IMG/VR virus record: IMGVR_UViG_3300022752_000057
Location: 7,103-71,102 of that record
Length of the DNA: 64,000 nucleotides
DNA from: a virus
Reading direction: 5' to 3' (one strand)
The notes below the pieces were generated by a model. It had not been told where the DNA came from, did not search any database, and worked only from the letters and a program-made list of their open reading frames with translations. Below are positions 50,133 through 60,097 of the stretch, piece after piece. Positions within the stretch are counted from its first letter, which is position 1; each line of letters begins with the position of its first letter. A program made the position numbers and the translations under genes.

Positions 50133-52424
50133 ATGTCTATCAATCCTCTGAATGATATTTCTAGAGTTTATCTGGAGCAGGTTGCTGTACAAGATGGTGA
50201 TCTTGATGAAGGAATGACAATGAAAGACTTCAAGCAACAAAGAAGTCGTCAAAAGCAAAAAGAAAAGAGAGCAGCAGATAAGATTGCTCCAGGGCGTAGA
50301 GCAGGTATGTCTTCATATGAAAGAGCAGTAAGACATCGTGCTAATGTGGACCCTGATTATGATTATGGTGATGAAGAAAGAGATTATCCTGGTGGAATGA
50401 CTAAAAATCCTAAAAAGGTTCGTAAGGCAAAAGCACTTGGAGAACTTGGTGAGTCTTCACATCTTGAGACTGATATGAAGAAACGTGCAGAAGCAAATGA
50501 AAAGGCACGTAAAGAAATTATGAAAACCAAAGCTCATGCTGATATGGTGAAGGCAGCAAGAAAGCACTTTAATGAAGCAAAGAAAGGCGATGGTAACTTA
50601 GCAAATAACTACCCACCATATGATAAGGTCACCAGAGGAGATGTAATTGCTGGTGCTCTTGGAAAAGATGAAATGGGTGGTAAGAAAAAGAAAAAGGTAG
50701 AGGAAGGTAATGATGGTAACTTAGCAAACAACTATCCTCCATATGATAAGGTTACCAGAGGAGATGTGATTGCTGGAAGACTTGGTAAGGATCAAATGGG
50801 TGGTAAGAAAAAAGTAACTAAAGAAGGTTTCTCAAACTGGAGACAAGATCTTTCTGAGATAGTATCTCAAATTGAAGGGGATAAAAAAATTACAGAAAAG
50901 AAAGTACAAAACAAAATTACTATTAATCCAAAACTTGGCGAATCAGTAGAAGAACTGGGTGGAACTCTTCTTGAGATGGTAGAAATTGATGAGTTTGATT
51001 TTATTGTTGAGTCTGCATATGATGAACTTCTTGATGAAGGGTATAGTGAGGATGACATTGAGGAAGCACTTGAGTATGCATTGACTGAAGCAAAAGTTAC
51101 CTTTGGGCATGATACTCCTGTTGAGAAAAAAAGAAATGGTCTTTTAGATGCAGCAAGAAAAAAACTTTCTGGAGTTAAAAAGGCAGCAAAGCAAGCAGTA
51201 TCAACTGGAGCAAGAAAAGTTGCTAAAGGTGCTTTAAGTGTTGCTCGTAAGATAGAAGGTGGAGATAAATCTCCAAGTGCAGCACATACAAAAACAAGAA
51301 GTGCATCAACTTATCGTGGTGCAGGTACGGGAACAAAGGAAAGAGTAAGTAGTGGTTCTTATACTCCACCTGCTAAGAAGAAAGCAGAGAAACCTGCTGA
51401 TCCTTGGGAGGGAAGTGCAACGACTCCTGCAAAACCAAAAACTAAAAAAGCAACAGCACCAAAAGCAAAAGCACCTACTGCAACCAAGAGAAAGAGAAAG
51501 TCTAAGTTGGATGATCTACTTGCTTCAGTAAGAAGTGAGAGTGTAATCAGTGATAGGGCAAAGAGAGTTGTTGGTGCTCAACGAGGTGGTTATCACGGTG
51601 ATGATGATGAAATGAATCACCTCCAAAGTGCTGCTCAAAAATCAGTTAACAAAGCAACAAGCGGTAGTAATGTATCCAGAGCATCTGCATCTATTGCCGC
51701 AAAGAGAGCAGAAAAAACTGCAAGAGCAATGCATCCAAAACCAGGTGTTGGTGGTTATCGCATTGAGGGAACTCAGATTGATGAAAAAACTTTAACTGCC
51801 AGTGAGAAAAAAAAGAGAGAAGAAATAGCACAGTCAATGGATCTTGCTGATTTTGAAAGACGTTATCCTGGTCGTGGAATGGAAGTGAAGATGGCTACTG
51901 CCACAAAAATGGCAAAAAAGATGGTAGAGCAGGCAATGGAACTGCAACCAAAAACACAATCTTCACAAAAACCAGATCAGCAACAAAAAAAAGTGCAGCA
52001 ACAACAAGATAGAATGAAACAGCAAGAAGTTCAAATTCTTCAAAGAAAACTTCAGGCTTTGAGATCTGCCCCTAAGGGAACTGATCCATCAATTATGGCA
52101 TCATATGAACCAGAAGGTGAAATGGTTGATGAATCAAGAGCAGAAGAAAAGAGAGGTCTTGGTTCCACTGGAGCACTAAGACAAAGACAAAAGACAAAAA
52201 TCGGAGGTTATAATCCAGCAACTGGGCATTCTGGAGGACAAAATCCTCATCTAAGAGGTAAAGGTGGTGGAACCAAAGAACAAAGAAGAGCAGCAAGTCG
52301 TAGATATGTAGATCAACCAGGTGGAGTTTATGCTGCACCTGAAAACGAACAGGGTAAAGGTAGATATGTTGGTATGCAATATAAGAAAAGAGATCAATCT
52401 CATATGCATTCGAGATTTGATTGA
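50133..52424 (+). CDS. Large modular basic/acidic protein, likely virion-internal polyprotein
   Basis: 763 aa; Lys/Arg-rich modules separated by LDE/LGE/LTE/IDE/VDE linkers. Confidence 0.75.
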   Translation: MSINPLNDISRVYLEQVAVQDGDLDEGMTMKDFKQQRSRQKQKEKRAADKIAPGRRAGMSSYERAVRHRANVDPDYDYGDEERDYPGGMTKNPKKVRKAKALGELGESSHLETDMKKRAEANEKARKEIMKTKAHADMVKAARKHFNEAKKGDGNLANNYPPYDKVTRGDVIAGALGKDEMGGKKKKKVEEGNDGNLANNYPPYDKVTRGDVIAGRLGKDQMGGKKKVTKEGFSNWRQDLSEIVSQIEGDKKITEKKVQNKITINPKLGESVEELGGTLLEMVEIDEFDFIVESAYDELLDEGYSEDDIEEALEYALTEAKVTFGHDTPVEKKRNGLLDAARKKLSGVKKAAKQAVSTGARKVAKGALSVARKIEGGDKSPSAAHTKTRSASTYRGAGTGTKERVSSGSYTPPAKKKAEKPADPWEGSATTPAKPKTKKATAPKAKAPTATKRKRKSKLDDLLASVRSESVISDRAKRVVGAQRGGYHGDDDEMNHLQSAAQKSVNKATSGSNVSRASASIAAKRAEKTARAMHPKPGVGGYRIEGTQIDEKTLTASEKKKREEIAQSMDLADFERRYPGRGMEVKMATATKMAKKMVEQAMELQPKTQSSQKPDQQQKKVQQQQDRMKQQEVQILQRKLQALRSAPKGTDPSIMASYEPEGEMVDESRAEEKRGLGSTGALRQRQKTKIGGYNPATGHSGGQNPHLRGKGGGTKEQRRAASRRYVDQPGGVYAAPENEQGKGRYVGMQYKKRDQSHMHSRFD
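50589..50812 (+). repeat. Tandem duplication, 123-nt period (DGNLANNYPPYDKVTRGDVIAG.LGKD.MGGKKK x2)
   Basis: Copies begin at 50589 and 50712. Confidence 0.9.
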
Positions 52425-52464
52425 TTCCTAAATAAGACAGGATACTCTTCTAACGGAGGTTATT

Positions 52465-52650
52465 ATGTCAATTGCAGCAATTATCGCTTGGGCAAATGCT
52501 AATCAAGCACTTATCGCAACTGTACTTTTTGCAGTTTCGGAAGCACTTGGGGCAAACCCAAAAGTAAAATCAAACGGTATTCTTTCACTCATTCTTCTTC
52601 AGGTGCAAGCACAACTGAAGAATAAGGGTGCTAAAGATTTAACGCCTTAA
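52465..52650 (+). CDS. Small hydrophobic protein
   Basis: GGAGG RBS, hydrophobic segments, downstream hairpin. Confidence 0.7.
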   Translation: MSIAAIIAWANANQALIATVLFAVSEALGANPKVKSNGILSLILLQVQAQLKNKGAKDLTP

Positions 52651-52730
52651 TTTTAAAAATTGGGATTGATTTATCAGTCTCCATTTTTTATAAATATTTC
52701 TACGCAATAAATTTAGTAAAGGTAAAAAGA

Positions 52731-53519
52731 ATGGCACTCTGGGGTATTTCAACAACAACTGAAACGGCTGATAATAATTATGCTATTCCAAAATATCAAC
52801 ATAGTGTGGATCGTAATAGAAGCCCTTGGAACACATTTGCAGATAGACGTGGTTGGATTCAGAGATGGTATGGAACCACTGAAAACTCTGGTCTTTCCAC
52901 AACATATTATGATGAAGTTCTTGTTCCTGTTGTAGGATTAAATACTGGAGTTGCTCCAGGTGCAGCAGGGCATGGTGCAAATGAAACTGGTTTAGGTCAA
53001 GCAACTCCAGTTGCCGTGTTCTTTGAAGATCCAAATAAGGCATCACCAATTACGCTTGGTGGTGGTGGAACAGCAGGAATTAGCACGGGAACCACTGGTT
53101 ACGTTCACGTTGTCTGGACTGAAACTGTTTATTGTTCTGCAGGTGCAACAGTTAATATTTTAAGATCTGCTCCTTCTGGTGGTGCCATTGTTGCTTATGC
53201 TGTTTCTTATGCAGCTGGTGCTGAAATTCCTGTATATACCAATACTGATGGGTATGTAATGGTTTCAAACTTTAATGGTCAAATCAGCAATCGGGTTGCA
53301 TTTGCCTTTACCGCACCTTCTTCACCAGGTTCTGGAATTGGAACAGTATTGAGCATTGATATTGCTCGCGGTGTTGTTGGAACTATTACTGATTTTTCCG
53401 GTGGCGGTACGGCAGCAATTAAGACATTTACTTCTAATATTACCTGTAATGTTGGTGGAGCTGGCACTTATCTATCTGGTGTCGGTATTGGAACAACTAC
53501 TTTAACCGTTGTTGCATAA
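52731..53519 (+). CDS. Putative virion structural protein
   Basis: MALWG start, Gly/Thr-rich, late promoter upstream. Confidence 0.6.
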   Translation: MALWGISTTTETADNNYAIPKYQHSVDRNRSPWNTFADRRGWIQRWYGTTENSGLSTTYYDEVLVPVVGLNTGVAPGAAGHGANETGLGQATPVAVFFEDPNKASPITLGGGGTAGISTGTTGYVHVVWTETVYCSAGATVNILRSAPSGGAIVAYAVSYAAGAEIPVYTNTDGYVMVSNFNGQISNRVAFAFTAPSSPGSGIGTVLSIDIARGVVGTITDFSGGGTAAIKTFTSNITCNVGGAGTYLSGVGIGTTTLTVVA

Positions 53520-53525
53520 TGATCT

Positions 53526-53939
53526 ATGATTTTTAATGAATTGAATGAAGATAATTTTCTTTTATTTGCCATTAAACATTATGAAAATCCCCAAGCTGTA
53601 ACAAAAGAGGACTTCGAAAAAGATCTTAATCACTTTAAATATATTAAAAGGTTGTTAAAGAGATATAGAAGTACAGGAGTCCTCAAGTCACACTTGTTAT
53701 TAAATCACTTTATAATTTTATATAATATTTTTGGAGAAGCCGCGACTCCAATGTTATTTTTTAAAATTGATAAAGAGTTTTGGTCTCCTATGAAAACTTT
53801 TATTTTGTTCTTAAATAGAATTCCAGAATATCCAAAATGTTATGTGCATGATATTGAAATTGATTTAAATTGTCTCAAAGAACTCAATAAAATCTATAAT
53901 GGAAAAGAAGAAACTGGATTGGATCATCTCAATAATTAA
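53526..53939 (+). CDS. Conserved hypothetical protein
   Basis: FAIKHYENP, FKYIKRLL, LLLNH.IILYN.FG. Confidence 0.75.
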   Translation: MIFNELNEDNFLLFAIKHYENPQAVTKEDFEKDLNHFKYIKRLLKRYRSTGVLKSHLLLNHFIILYNIFGEAATPMLFFKIDKEFWSPMKTFILFLNRIPEYPKCYVHDIEIDLNCLKELNKIYNGKEETGLDHLNN

Positions 53940-54114
53940 GGAGCAAATGGTCGCAAATGCTCCTGGGGGAAGTGGTGGATTTTCTGGATCTTCGGATCCA
54001 AAAGGTCCGACAGCAGGATTTGATCCTGTAATTAATATGGGAAAAAGAAAACGTCCACAAATAATTGGTAAAGGAAAATTTCCTGGATTAAGAAAACGCT
54101 GGTCTAAAATCTAA
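53899..54114 (+). CDS. Small hypothetical protein
   Basis: IKE/QMVANAPGGSGGF..AGFDP. Confidence 0.6.
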   Translation: MEKKKLDWIISIIKEQMVANAPGGSGGFSGSSDPKGPTAGFDPVINMGKRKRPQIIGKGKFPGLRKRWSKI

Positions 54115-54133
54115 AAATAAAGGAAATCCAAAA

Positions 54134-54556
54134 ATGTTTAATTCATCATCTACCGAAACAAAAATAGCACTTCTTGAAGAACGCATTAATGTTTATGAGC
54201 AGATGATGGAGCGTATTGATACTGCAATACAAAAAATTGGTGAGACTAGTCAAAATATTAGTCAAATGCTTGCTATTCATAATGAGAAGATTGAGCAATG
54301 TAATAGAACAGATAATATAATTGTTAGAATGATTGAAGATATTAAAGAATCATCAAAGCAACAACACGAAGAAATTAGTAAAAAACTTGGAGAAAGAATA
54401 GAAAAAGTAGAAGAAAAAATAGAAATAATATCTCAATTTAAGTGGAAGACTGTCGGAGCAATCATAATAATTACTTTTTTAATCGGAATCCTTCCAACAG
54501 CAATTTCTATCTTGACTCCCAAATCAAACCCTGCTACAATAGAACGTACGAAGTAA
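54134..54556 (+). CDS. Coiled-coil protein with C-terminal transmembrane helix
   Basis: Heptad-rich body, then WKTVGAIIIITFLIGIL. Confidence 0.7.
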   Translation: MFNSSSTETKIALLEERINVYEQMMERIDTAIQKIGETSQNISQMLAIHNEKIEQCNRTDNIIVRMIEDIKESSKQQHEEISKKLGERIEKVEEKIEIISQFKWKTVGAIIIITFLIGILPTAISILTPKSNPATIERTK

Positions 54557-54568
54557 TAACTTTTTATA

Positions 54569-55540
54569 ATGGATCTGATTGACTCCAAGTATATTGGACT
54601 CGTATCTTCGCGTCTTCAAAAATTTAAGAGAGTCAAAGCAGATCTCTACAACTTTCGCTGCCCTATTTGTGGTGACTCTCAAAAGAACAAAAATAAAACC
54701 AGAGGATACTTATATCCAGTTAAGAATAATACAAACTTTAAGTGTCATAATTGTGGAGCAAGTTTATCTTTTAACAATTTTCTCAAAGAGATAGACCCAA
54801 CGCTCCATAAGCAATATGCTTTGGAAAAGTTTAAGGAGGGGCATACTGGTAGAAACTTTGTAGTTGAGGAACCTAAGTTTGATTTTGTCAAACCAGTTTT
54901 TAAAAAGAAACTGAATTTGCCCAAGGCATCAGAGATTCCTATTGCTAAAGAGTATCTAGAAAAGCGAAAACTCAATCCAGAAAATTTTTATTTTGCTGAA
55001 AAGTTTAAGGAGTGGACAAATACTCAAAAAGAAACTTTCAGTGTTATTGGTAGAGATGAGAGTCGCATTATTATACCAATGTATGATACAGACTCGAATC
55101 TTATGGGGTTTCAGGGTAGAGCACTTGGATCTTCTCTCAATAAATACATAACCGTGATGCTTTATGATGATGCTCCAAAAATTTATGGATTGAATTTAAT
55201 TGATAAAAATAAAATAGTTTATATTGTAGAAGGACCTTTTGATTCGACTTTTATTCCAAATTCCATTGCTATGTGTGGAGCTGATGCTGATGTTACTAAG
55301 TTGGGAATTAATAATCCCGTTTGGATTTATGATAATGAACCAAGAAATTCTGAAATACATACAAGAATACTTAAAGTTATTAATCGTGAAGAAAAGGTTG
55401 TTATTTGGCCTTCATCAATAAAAGAAAAGGACATTAATGATATGATTTTGTCTGGACTAAATGTAGAATCTATTGTAGAATCAAACATATATTTTGGATT
55501 AGAAGCAAAATTAAAATTTACAATTTGGAAAAAGGTATGA
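54569..55540 (+). CDS. g61: DNA primase
   Basis: RCPICGDS..CHNC zinc finger, QGR, VEGPFDS, DNE, KDINDM. Confidence 0.95.
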   Translation: MDLIDSKYIGLVSSRLQKFKRVKADLYNFRCPICGDSQKNKNKTRGYLYPVKNNTNFKCHNCGASLSFNNFLKEIDPTLHKQYALEKFKEGHTGRNFVVEEPKFDFVKPVFKKKLNLPKASEIPIAKEYLEKRKLNPENFYFAEKFKEWTNTQKETFSVIGRDESRIIIPMYDTDSNLMGFQGRALGSSLNKYITVMLYDDAPKIYGLNLIDKNKIVYIVEGPFDSTFIPNSIAMCGADADVTKLGINNPVWIYDNEPRNSEIHTRILKVINREEKVVIWPSSIKEKDINDMILSGLNVESIVESNIYFGLEAKLKFTIWKKV

Positions 55541-57837
55541 GTAACGGAACTAAAGTTAAAAAGCGTGATGGAAGAATTGAGTCTCTTGACCTAGATAAGA
55601 TGCATTTGATGGTAGAAGAGGCATGTAGAGGTCTTGCGGGCGTCTCTGCGAGTCAAGTTGAGATTACCTCAGGTATACAGTTTTACAATGGTATTACAAC
55701 CGAAGAGATTCAGGAGATTTTGATTCGGTCTGCTTCTGATTTGATTGATCTAGATCATCCAAATTATCAATATGTTGCTGCCCGTTTGCTTCTTTTTGCT
55801 ATTCGCAAGCAACTTTATGGGAAGATGAAAGAACTTCCTTCACTTGAACAACACATTTATGCTTGCATTAATGCTGAGGTTTATGATAACGATATTTTTA
55901 ACAAATACTCTAAAGAAGAAATTGAACGTGCTGATTCGTTTCTTGATCATGATCGTGATTATTTGTTTACTTATGCTGGATTGCGTCAAGTTGTTGACAA
56001 ATATCTTGTGCAAGATAGAAGCACTGGGGGTGTTTATGAAACGCCACAGTTTATGTACATAATGATTGCTTTGACCATTTTTGCAGAATATCCTAAAGAA
56101 GTCCGAATGTCATATGTACGGAGGTACTATGACGCAATCTCCAAACACAAAATCAATATTCCAACTCCTATCATGGCAGGAGTTAGAACACCACTTCGTC
56201 AATTTGCAAGTTGCGTTCTTGTTGATGTTGATGACACTCTCGATAGCATCGGCAGTAGTGATTTGGCAATTATGCGATATGTCTCTCAAAGGGCAGGAAT
56301 CGGCATCAACGCAGGCAGAATTCGTGGTATTAACAGCAAAATCAGAGGCGGAGAAGTTGCTCATACTGGGGTTATCCCATTCCTCAAGAAGTTCGAGGCA
56401 ACTGTCAGATGCTGTACACAGAATGGCATCAGAGGTGGAAGCGCAACGGTCCACTTTCCAATCTGGCACCAGGAAATAGAAGATATTCTTGTTCTAAAAA
56501 ATAATAAAGGAACGGAGGACAATCGTGTCAGGAAACTTGATTATAGCATTCAAATCAGTAAAATCTTTTATGAAAGATTCATTCAAGATGCTGAGATCAC
56601 ACTATTCTCCCCACATGATGTCCCTGGACTTTATGATGCTTTCGGAACAGACAAGTTTGACGATCTCTACGTTTCATATGAAAAAGATTCGTCCGTTAAG
56701 AAAAAAACTGTTAAAGCGCAAGAACTCATTCTTAACCTTCTCAAAGAACGTGCAGAAACTGGTCGTATCTATATTATGAATCTTGACCACTGCAATTCTC
56801 ACTCTTCCTTTAAAGACAAAGTTGAGATGAGTAACTTGTGCCAAGAAATTACTCTTCCAACTTATCCAATTCAACATATTGATGACCAAAATGGAGAAAT
56901 TGCACTTTGCATTCTTTCTGCCATTAATGTTGGAAAAGTAAAGTCTGATGAGGAACTTGAGGAACTTTGTGAACTTTCAGTTCGTGGACTTGATGAGTTG
57001 ATTGATTATCAAAAATATCCCGTAGCAGCAGCAGAAATCGCTACCAAGGCACGTCGTTCTCTTGGTATTGGATTCATTGGTCTTGCACACTATTTGGCAA
57101 AACTTGGTTATAATTACGATTCACAACAAGCATGGGATGCTGTTCATGGTCTTTCTGAATCATTCCAATATTTTCTTCTGAAAGCATCTAATCAACTTGC
57201 TAAAGAAAAGGGACATTGTGAATACTTTGGACGTACTAAGTATTCTGATGGAATCCTTCCAATTGATACTTATAAAAAAGATGTAGACGAACTTTCATCA
57301 ATTCCATTGCAACATGATTGGGAAACTCTTAGAACCTCTATCTTGGAACACGGTCTCAGGCACTCAACATTGTCCGCACAGATGCCATCGGAGAGCAGTT
57401 CCGTTGTGTCAAACGCAACCAATGGAATCGAACCACCTAGAGATTACTTGTCCATTAAAAAATCAAAGAAAGGTCCACTTAAGCAAATTGTTCCTCAGTA
57501 CCAAACTCTTAAGAACAATTATACACTTTTGTGGGATATGCCTAGCAATCGTGGTTATATTAATATTGTTGCAGTTATGCAAAAATTCTTCGATCAAGCG
57601 ATTTCTGGAAACTGGTCCTATAATCCAGAAAATTATGACAATAATGAAGTTCCTACTTCAGTGATGGCAAATGACTTTTTGACTACATACAAGTATGGGT
57701 GGAAAACTTCTTACTATCAGAATACCTACGATATTAAAACTGATGAAGTGATTGAAGAAAAGAAACCCAATCTTCAAGATTTACTAAGTGAATTAAGTTC
57801 AGTAGAGGAGGGAGAGTGTGAATCCTGTGCAGTTTAA
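55537..57837 (+). CDS. nrdA: Ribonucleotide reductase class Ia alpha
   Basis: ATP cone VKKRDG, QFASCVL, SNLCQEI, MPSESS, CESCAV. Confidence 0.97.
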   Translation: MSNGTKVKKRDGRIESLDLDKMHLMVEEACRGLAGVSASQVEITSGIQFYNGITTEEIQEILIRSASDLIDLDHPNYQYVAARLLLFAIRKQLYGKMKELPSLEQHIYACINAEVYDNDIFNKYSKEEIERADSFLDHDRDYLFTYAGLRQVVDKYLVQDRSTGGVYETPQFMYIMIALTIFAEYPKEVRMSYVRRYYDAISKHKINIPTPIMAGVRTPLRQFASCVLVDVDDTLDSIGSSDLAIMRYVSQRAGIGINAGRIRGINSKIRGGEVAHTGVIPFLKKFEATVRCCTQNGIRGGSATVHFPIWHQEIEDILVLKNNKGTEDNRVRKLDYSIQISKIFYERFIQDAEITLFSPHDVPGLYDAFGTDKFDDLYVSYEKDSSVKKKTVKAQELILNLLKERAETGRIYIMNLDHCNSHSSFKDKVEMSNLCQEITLPTYPIQHIDDQNGEIALCILSAINVGKVKSDEELEELCELSVRGLDELIDYQKYPVAAAEIATKARRSLGIGFIGLAHYLAKLGYNYDSQQAWDAVHGLSESFQYFLLKASNQLAKEKGHCEYFGRTKYSDGILPIDTYKKDVDELSSIPLQHDWETLRTSILEHGLRHSTLSAQMPSESSSVVSNATNGIEPPRDYLSIKKSKKGPLKQIVPQYQTLKNNYTLLWDMPSNRGYINIVAVMQKFFDQAISGNWSYNPENYDNNEVPTSVMANDFLTTYKYGWKTSYYQNTYDIKTDEVIEEKKPNLQDLLSELSSVEEGECESCAV

Positions 57838-59005
57838 GATTTCTTCCACGGAAGAACAACCACAAATTAAAGGAATGACGGTTTTTAATACTGAGCAAGT
57901 GAATACAAAAAAACAACCGATGTTTTTTGGAAAACCTTTAGGTATTCAACGTTATGATTCATACAAATATCCGATCTTCGATAAACTGACTACCCAACAA
58001 TTAGGATACTTTTGGAGACCCGAAGAGGTGTCTCTTCAAAAGGATCGTGGAGATTATCAAACACTACGTCCAGAGCAGAAACACATTTATACATCTAATT
58101 TAAAGTATCAAATTATGCTTGATTCCGTTCAGGGTCGTGGTCCTGGTATGGCATTTATTCCATATTGCTCACTTCCTGAATTGGAAGCATGTATGGAAGT
58201 ATGGGGATTTATGGAAATGATTCATAGTCGCTCATACACATACATCATTAAAAATGTCTATTCAGATCCATCTGAGGTGTTTGATACTATCATCACAGAT
58301 GAGCGTATTCTGGAGCGTTCTAGAAGCGTTACAGAGTCATATGATGATTTTATTCAATCAGCACAAAATTATGCAACATCTAGCGATTGGATGTATAATC
58401 TTGAGAGATCACAAAACACAAAGGAAACACTCAATGATGTCAAACGAAAACTGTACAGAGCAGTCGCAAACGTTAACATTCTTGAAGGTATTCGGTTCTA
58501 CGTTAGTTTTGCTTGTAGTTTCGCCTTTGGTGAACTTAAGCTTATGGAAGGATCCGCTAAAATCATCAGTCTTATTGCAAGAGATGAAAACCAACATTTA
58601 GCCCTCACTCAAAATATTTTAAATAAGTGGAAAGAGGGTGATGATCCTGAAATGCAAAAAATTGCAAAAGAAGAGGAAGAGTGGGTGTATAAAATGTTTG
58701 ATCGCGCTGTAAATGAAGAAAAAAGATGGGCAGATTACCTGTTCAGAGATGGCAGCATGATCGGACTCAATGATAAATTATTACAACAGTATGTCGAATG
58801 GATTGCAAACCGTAGACTAAAGGCAATCGGACTCAAACCCCAATATGATATTCCAGCAAACAACAATCCACTTCCTTGGACTCAGCACTGGATTTCCTCC
58901 AAAGGTCTCCAGGTGGCACCCCAAGAAACTCAAGTGCAGTCGTATGTGGTTGGTGGAATCAAACAAGATGTCAAAAAGGATACATTCAGTGGGTTTAAGC
59001 TTTAA
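57818..59005 (+). CDS. nrdB: Ribonucleotide reductase class Ia beta
   Basis: FWRPEEV, EMIHSRSY, EGIRFY, RDENQH, VAPQE..SY. Confidence 0.97.
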   Translation: MNPVQFKISSTEEQPQIKGMTVFNTEQVNTKKQPMFFGKPLGIQRYDSYKYPIFDKLTTQQLGYFWRPEEVSLQKDRGDYQTLRPEQKHIYTSNLKYQIMLDSVQGRGPGMAFIPYCSLPELEACMEVWGFMEMIHSRSYTYIIKNVYSDPSEVFDTIITDERILERSRSVTESYDDFIQSAQNYATSSDWMYNLERSQNTKETLNDVKRKLYRAVANVNILEGIRFYVSFACSFAFGELKLMEGSAKIISLIARDENQHLALTQNILNKWKEGDDPEMQKIAKEEEEWVYKMFDRAVNEEKRWADYLFRDGSMIGLNDKLLQQYVEWIANRRLKAIGLKPQYDIPANNNPLPWTQHWISSKGLQVAPQETQVQSYVVGGIKQDVKKDTFSGFKL

Positions 59006-59065
59006 TTGACTTTAAGACTGAAATAGTGTATTATATAAATAATAATAGGTAAGTTCAGTCTTAAA

Positions 59066-59680
59066 ATGAATAACTATATTCTTTACTATTACTTAAGGGA
59101 GGACTTTGGTTCTCCCTTTTATGTTGGTTATGGAAAACCAAGAAGAATTAACTCTAGACACTCTAGAAGAAATGGTGCTGAAATTTTACCACCAAGAGAA
59201 AGAAGGTGGATTGTAAAATCTGGATTGAGTAAAGAGGAAGCAATAGAACTTGAGATAAAACATATAGCACTCTGGAAAAGAGAATGTGATGGTGGAGTTC
59301 TATTAAATCAAAATCTTGGTGGTGAAGGAAAACCTGGAGGACAAAGGACGAAGGGATTTAGTGGAAGAAAACATAGTGAAGAAGCAAAGAAAAGAATAAG
59401 TGAAAAGGTTGCTGGTAAGAATAATCCAAGATATGGAGTTAAATTATCGCAAGAGACAAGAAATAAGATAAGTCAAAATAGAGCACCAAAGTTTGGTAAA
59501 GATAATCCAAACTCTAAAACTTGGAAGATTGTTTCTCCAGAAAATAAAGAGTATATTATTACTGGAGCATTAAAAGAGTTTTGTAAGTCTCAAAATATTT
59601 CATATGCTACTATGCACGCAGCAATTCTTTATGATAGAAAAGGACCCAGAAAAAATGGATGGAGTATTGAGAAAGTTTAG
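59066..59680 (+). CDS. Free-standing GIY-YIG (Seg-like) homing endonuclease with NUMOD3 repeats
   Basis: YYYLRED..FYVGYGK..R, LE..HI, LLN...GGEG, GRKHSEEAKKRISE. Confidence 0.85.
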   Translation: MNNYILYYYLREDFGSPFYVGYGKPRRINSRHSRRNGAEILPPRERRWIVKSGLSKEEAIELEIKHIALWKRECDGGVLLNQNLGGEGKPGGQRTKGFSGRKHSEEAKKRISEKVAGKNNPRYGVKLSQETRNKISQNRAPKFGKDNPNSKTWKIVSPENKEYIITGALKEFCKSQNISYATMHAAILYDRKGPRKNGWSIEKV

Positions 59681-60068
59681 AATATCACTGCCAGAAGATG
59701 AGTGTGTAGTAAAACTTCAGGAGTATTGTAAGTTTTCTCATACTCTTTTAAAAGTTCCTGTAGTACTTAAACCTTTATGTGCTGATGCAAACTGCCACAA
59801 TAATGTAAATCATTATGTGAATACTTATGGCGGAGAAAAAATAAGTGGATATTATCTAATCACAGATGTTGGTGATGACACTTATGGGTGTGCGATATAT
59901 CATAGTATTTGGAAGAATACTTATGGAGACTTGATAGATATAACACCATTTGATGATGGAAGAGAATATAATATGTTCTCTGTACTGGATGCTACAGATT
60001 ATTACTCTGGAGTTTCTTATGATGGGAAGGTTTATAAAATATTAGAACCAGGACTAAATGTTGTTTAG
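59655..60068 (+). CDS. Hypothetical protein
   Basis: NCHNNV..GG...GY..HSIW..LIDITP; overlaps the end of the endonuclease gene. Confidence 0.65.
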   Translation: MDGVLRKFRISLPEDECVVKLQEYCKFSHTLLKVPVVLKPLCADANCHNNVNHYVNTYGGEKISGYYLITDVGDDTYGCAIYHSIWKNTYGDLIDITPFDDGREYNMFSVLDATDYYSGVSYDGKVYKILEPGLNVV

Positions 60069-60097
60069 AATATAAATATTTAAAAAGTAGTTGTAAA

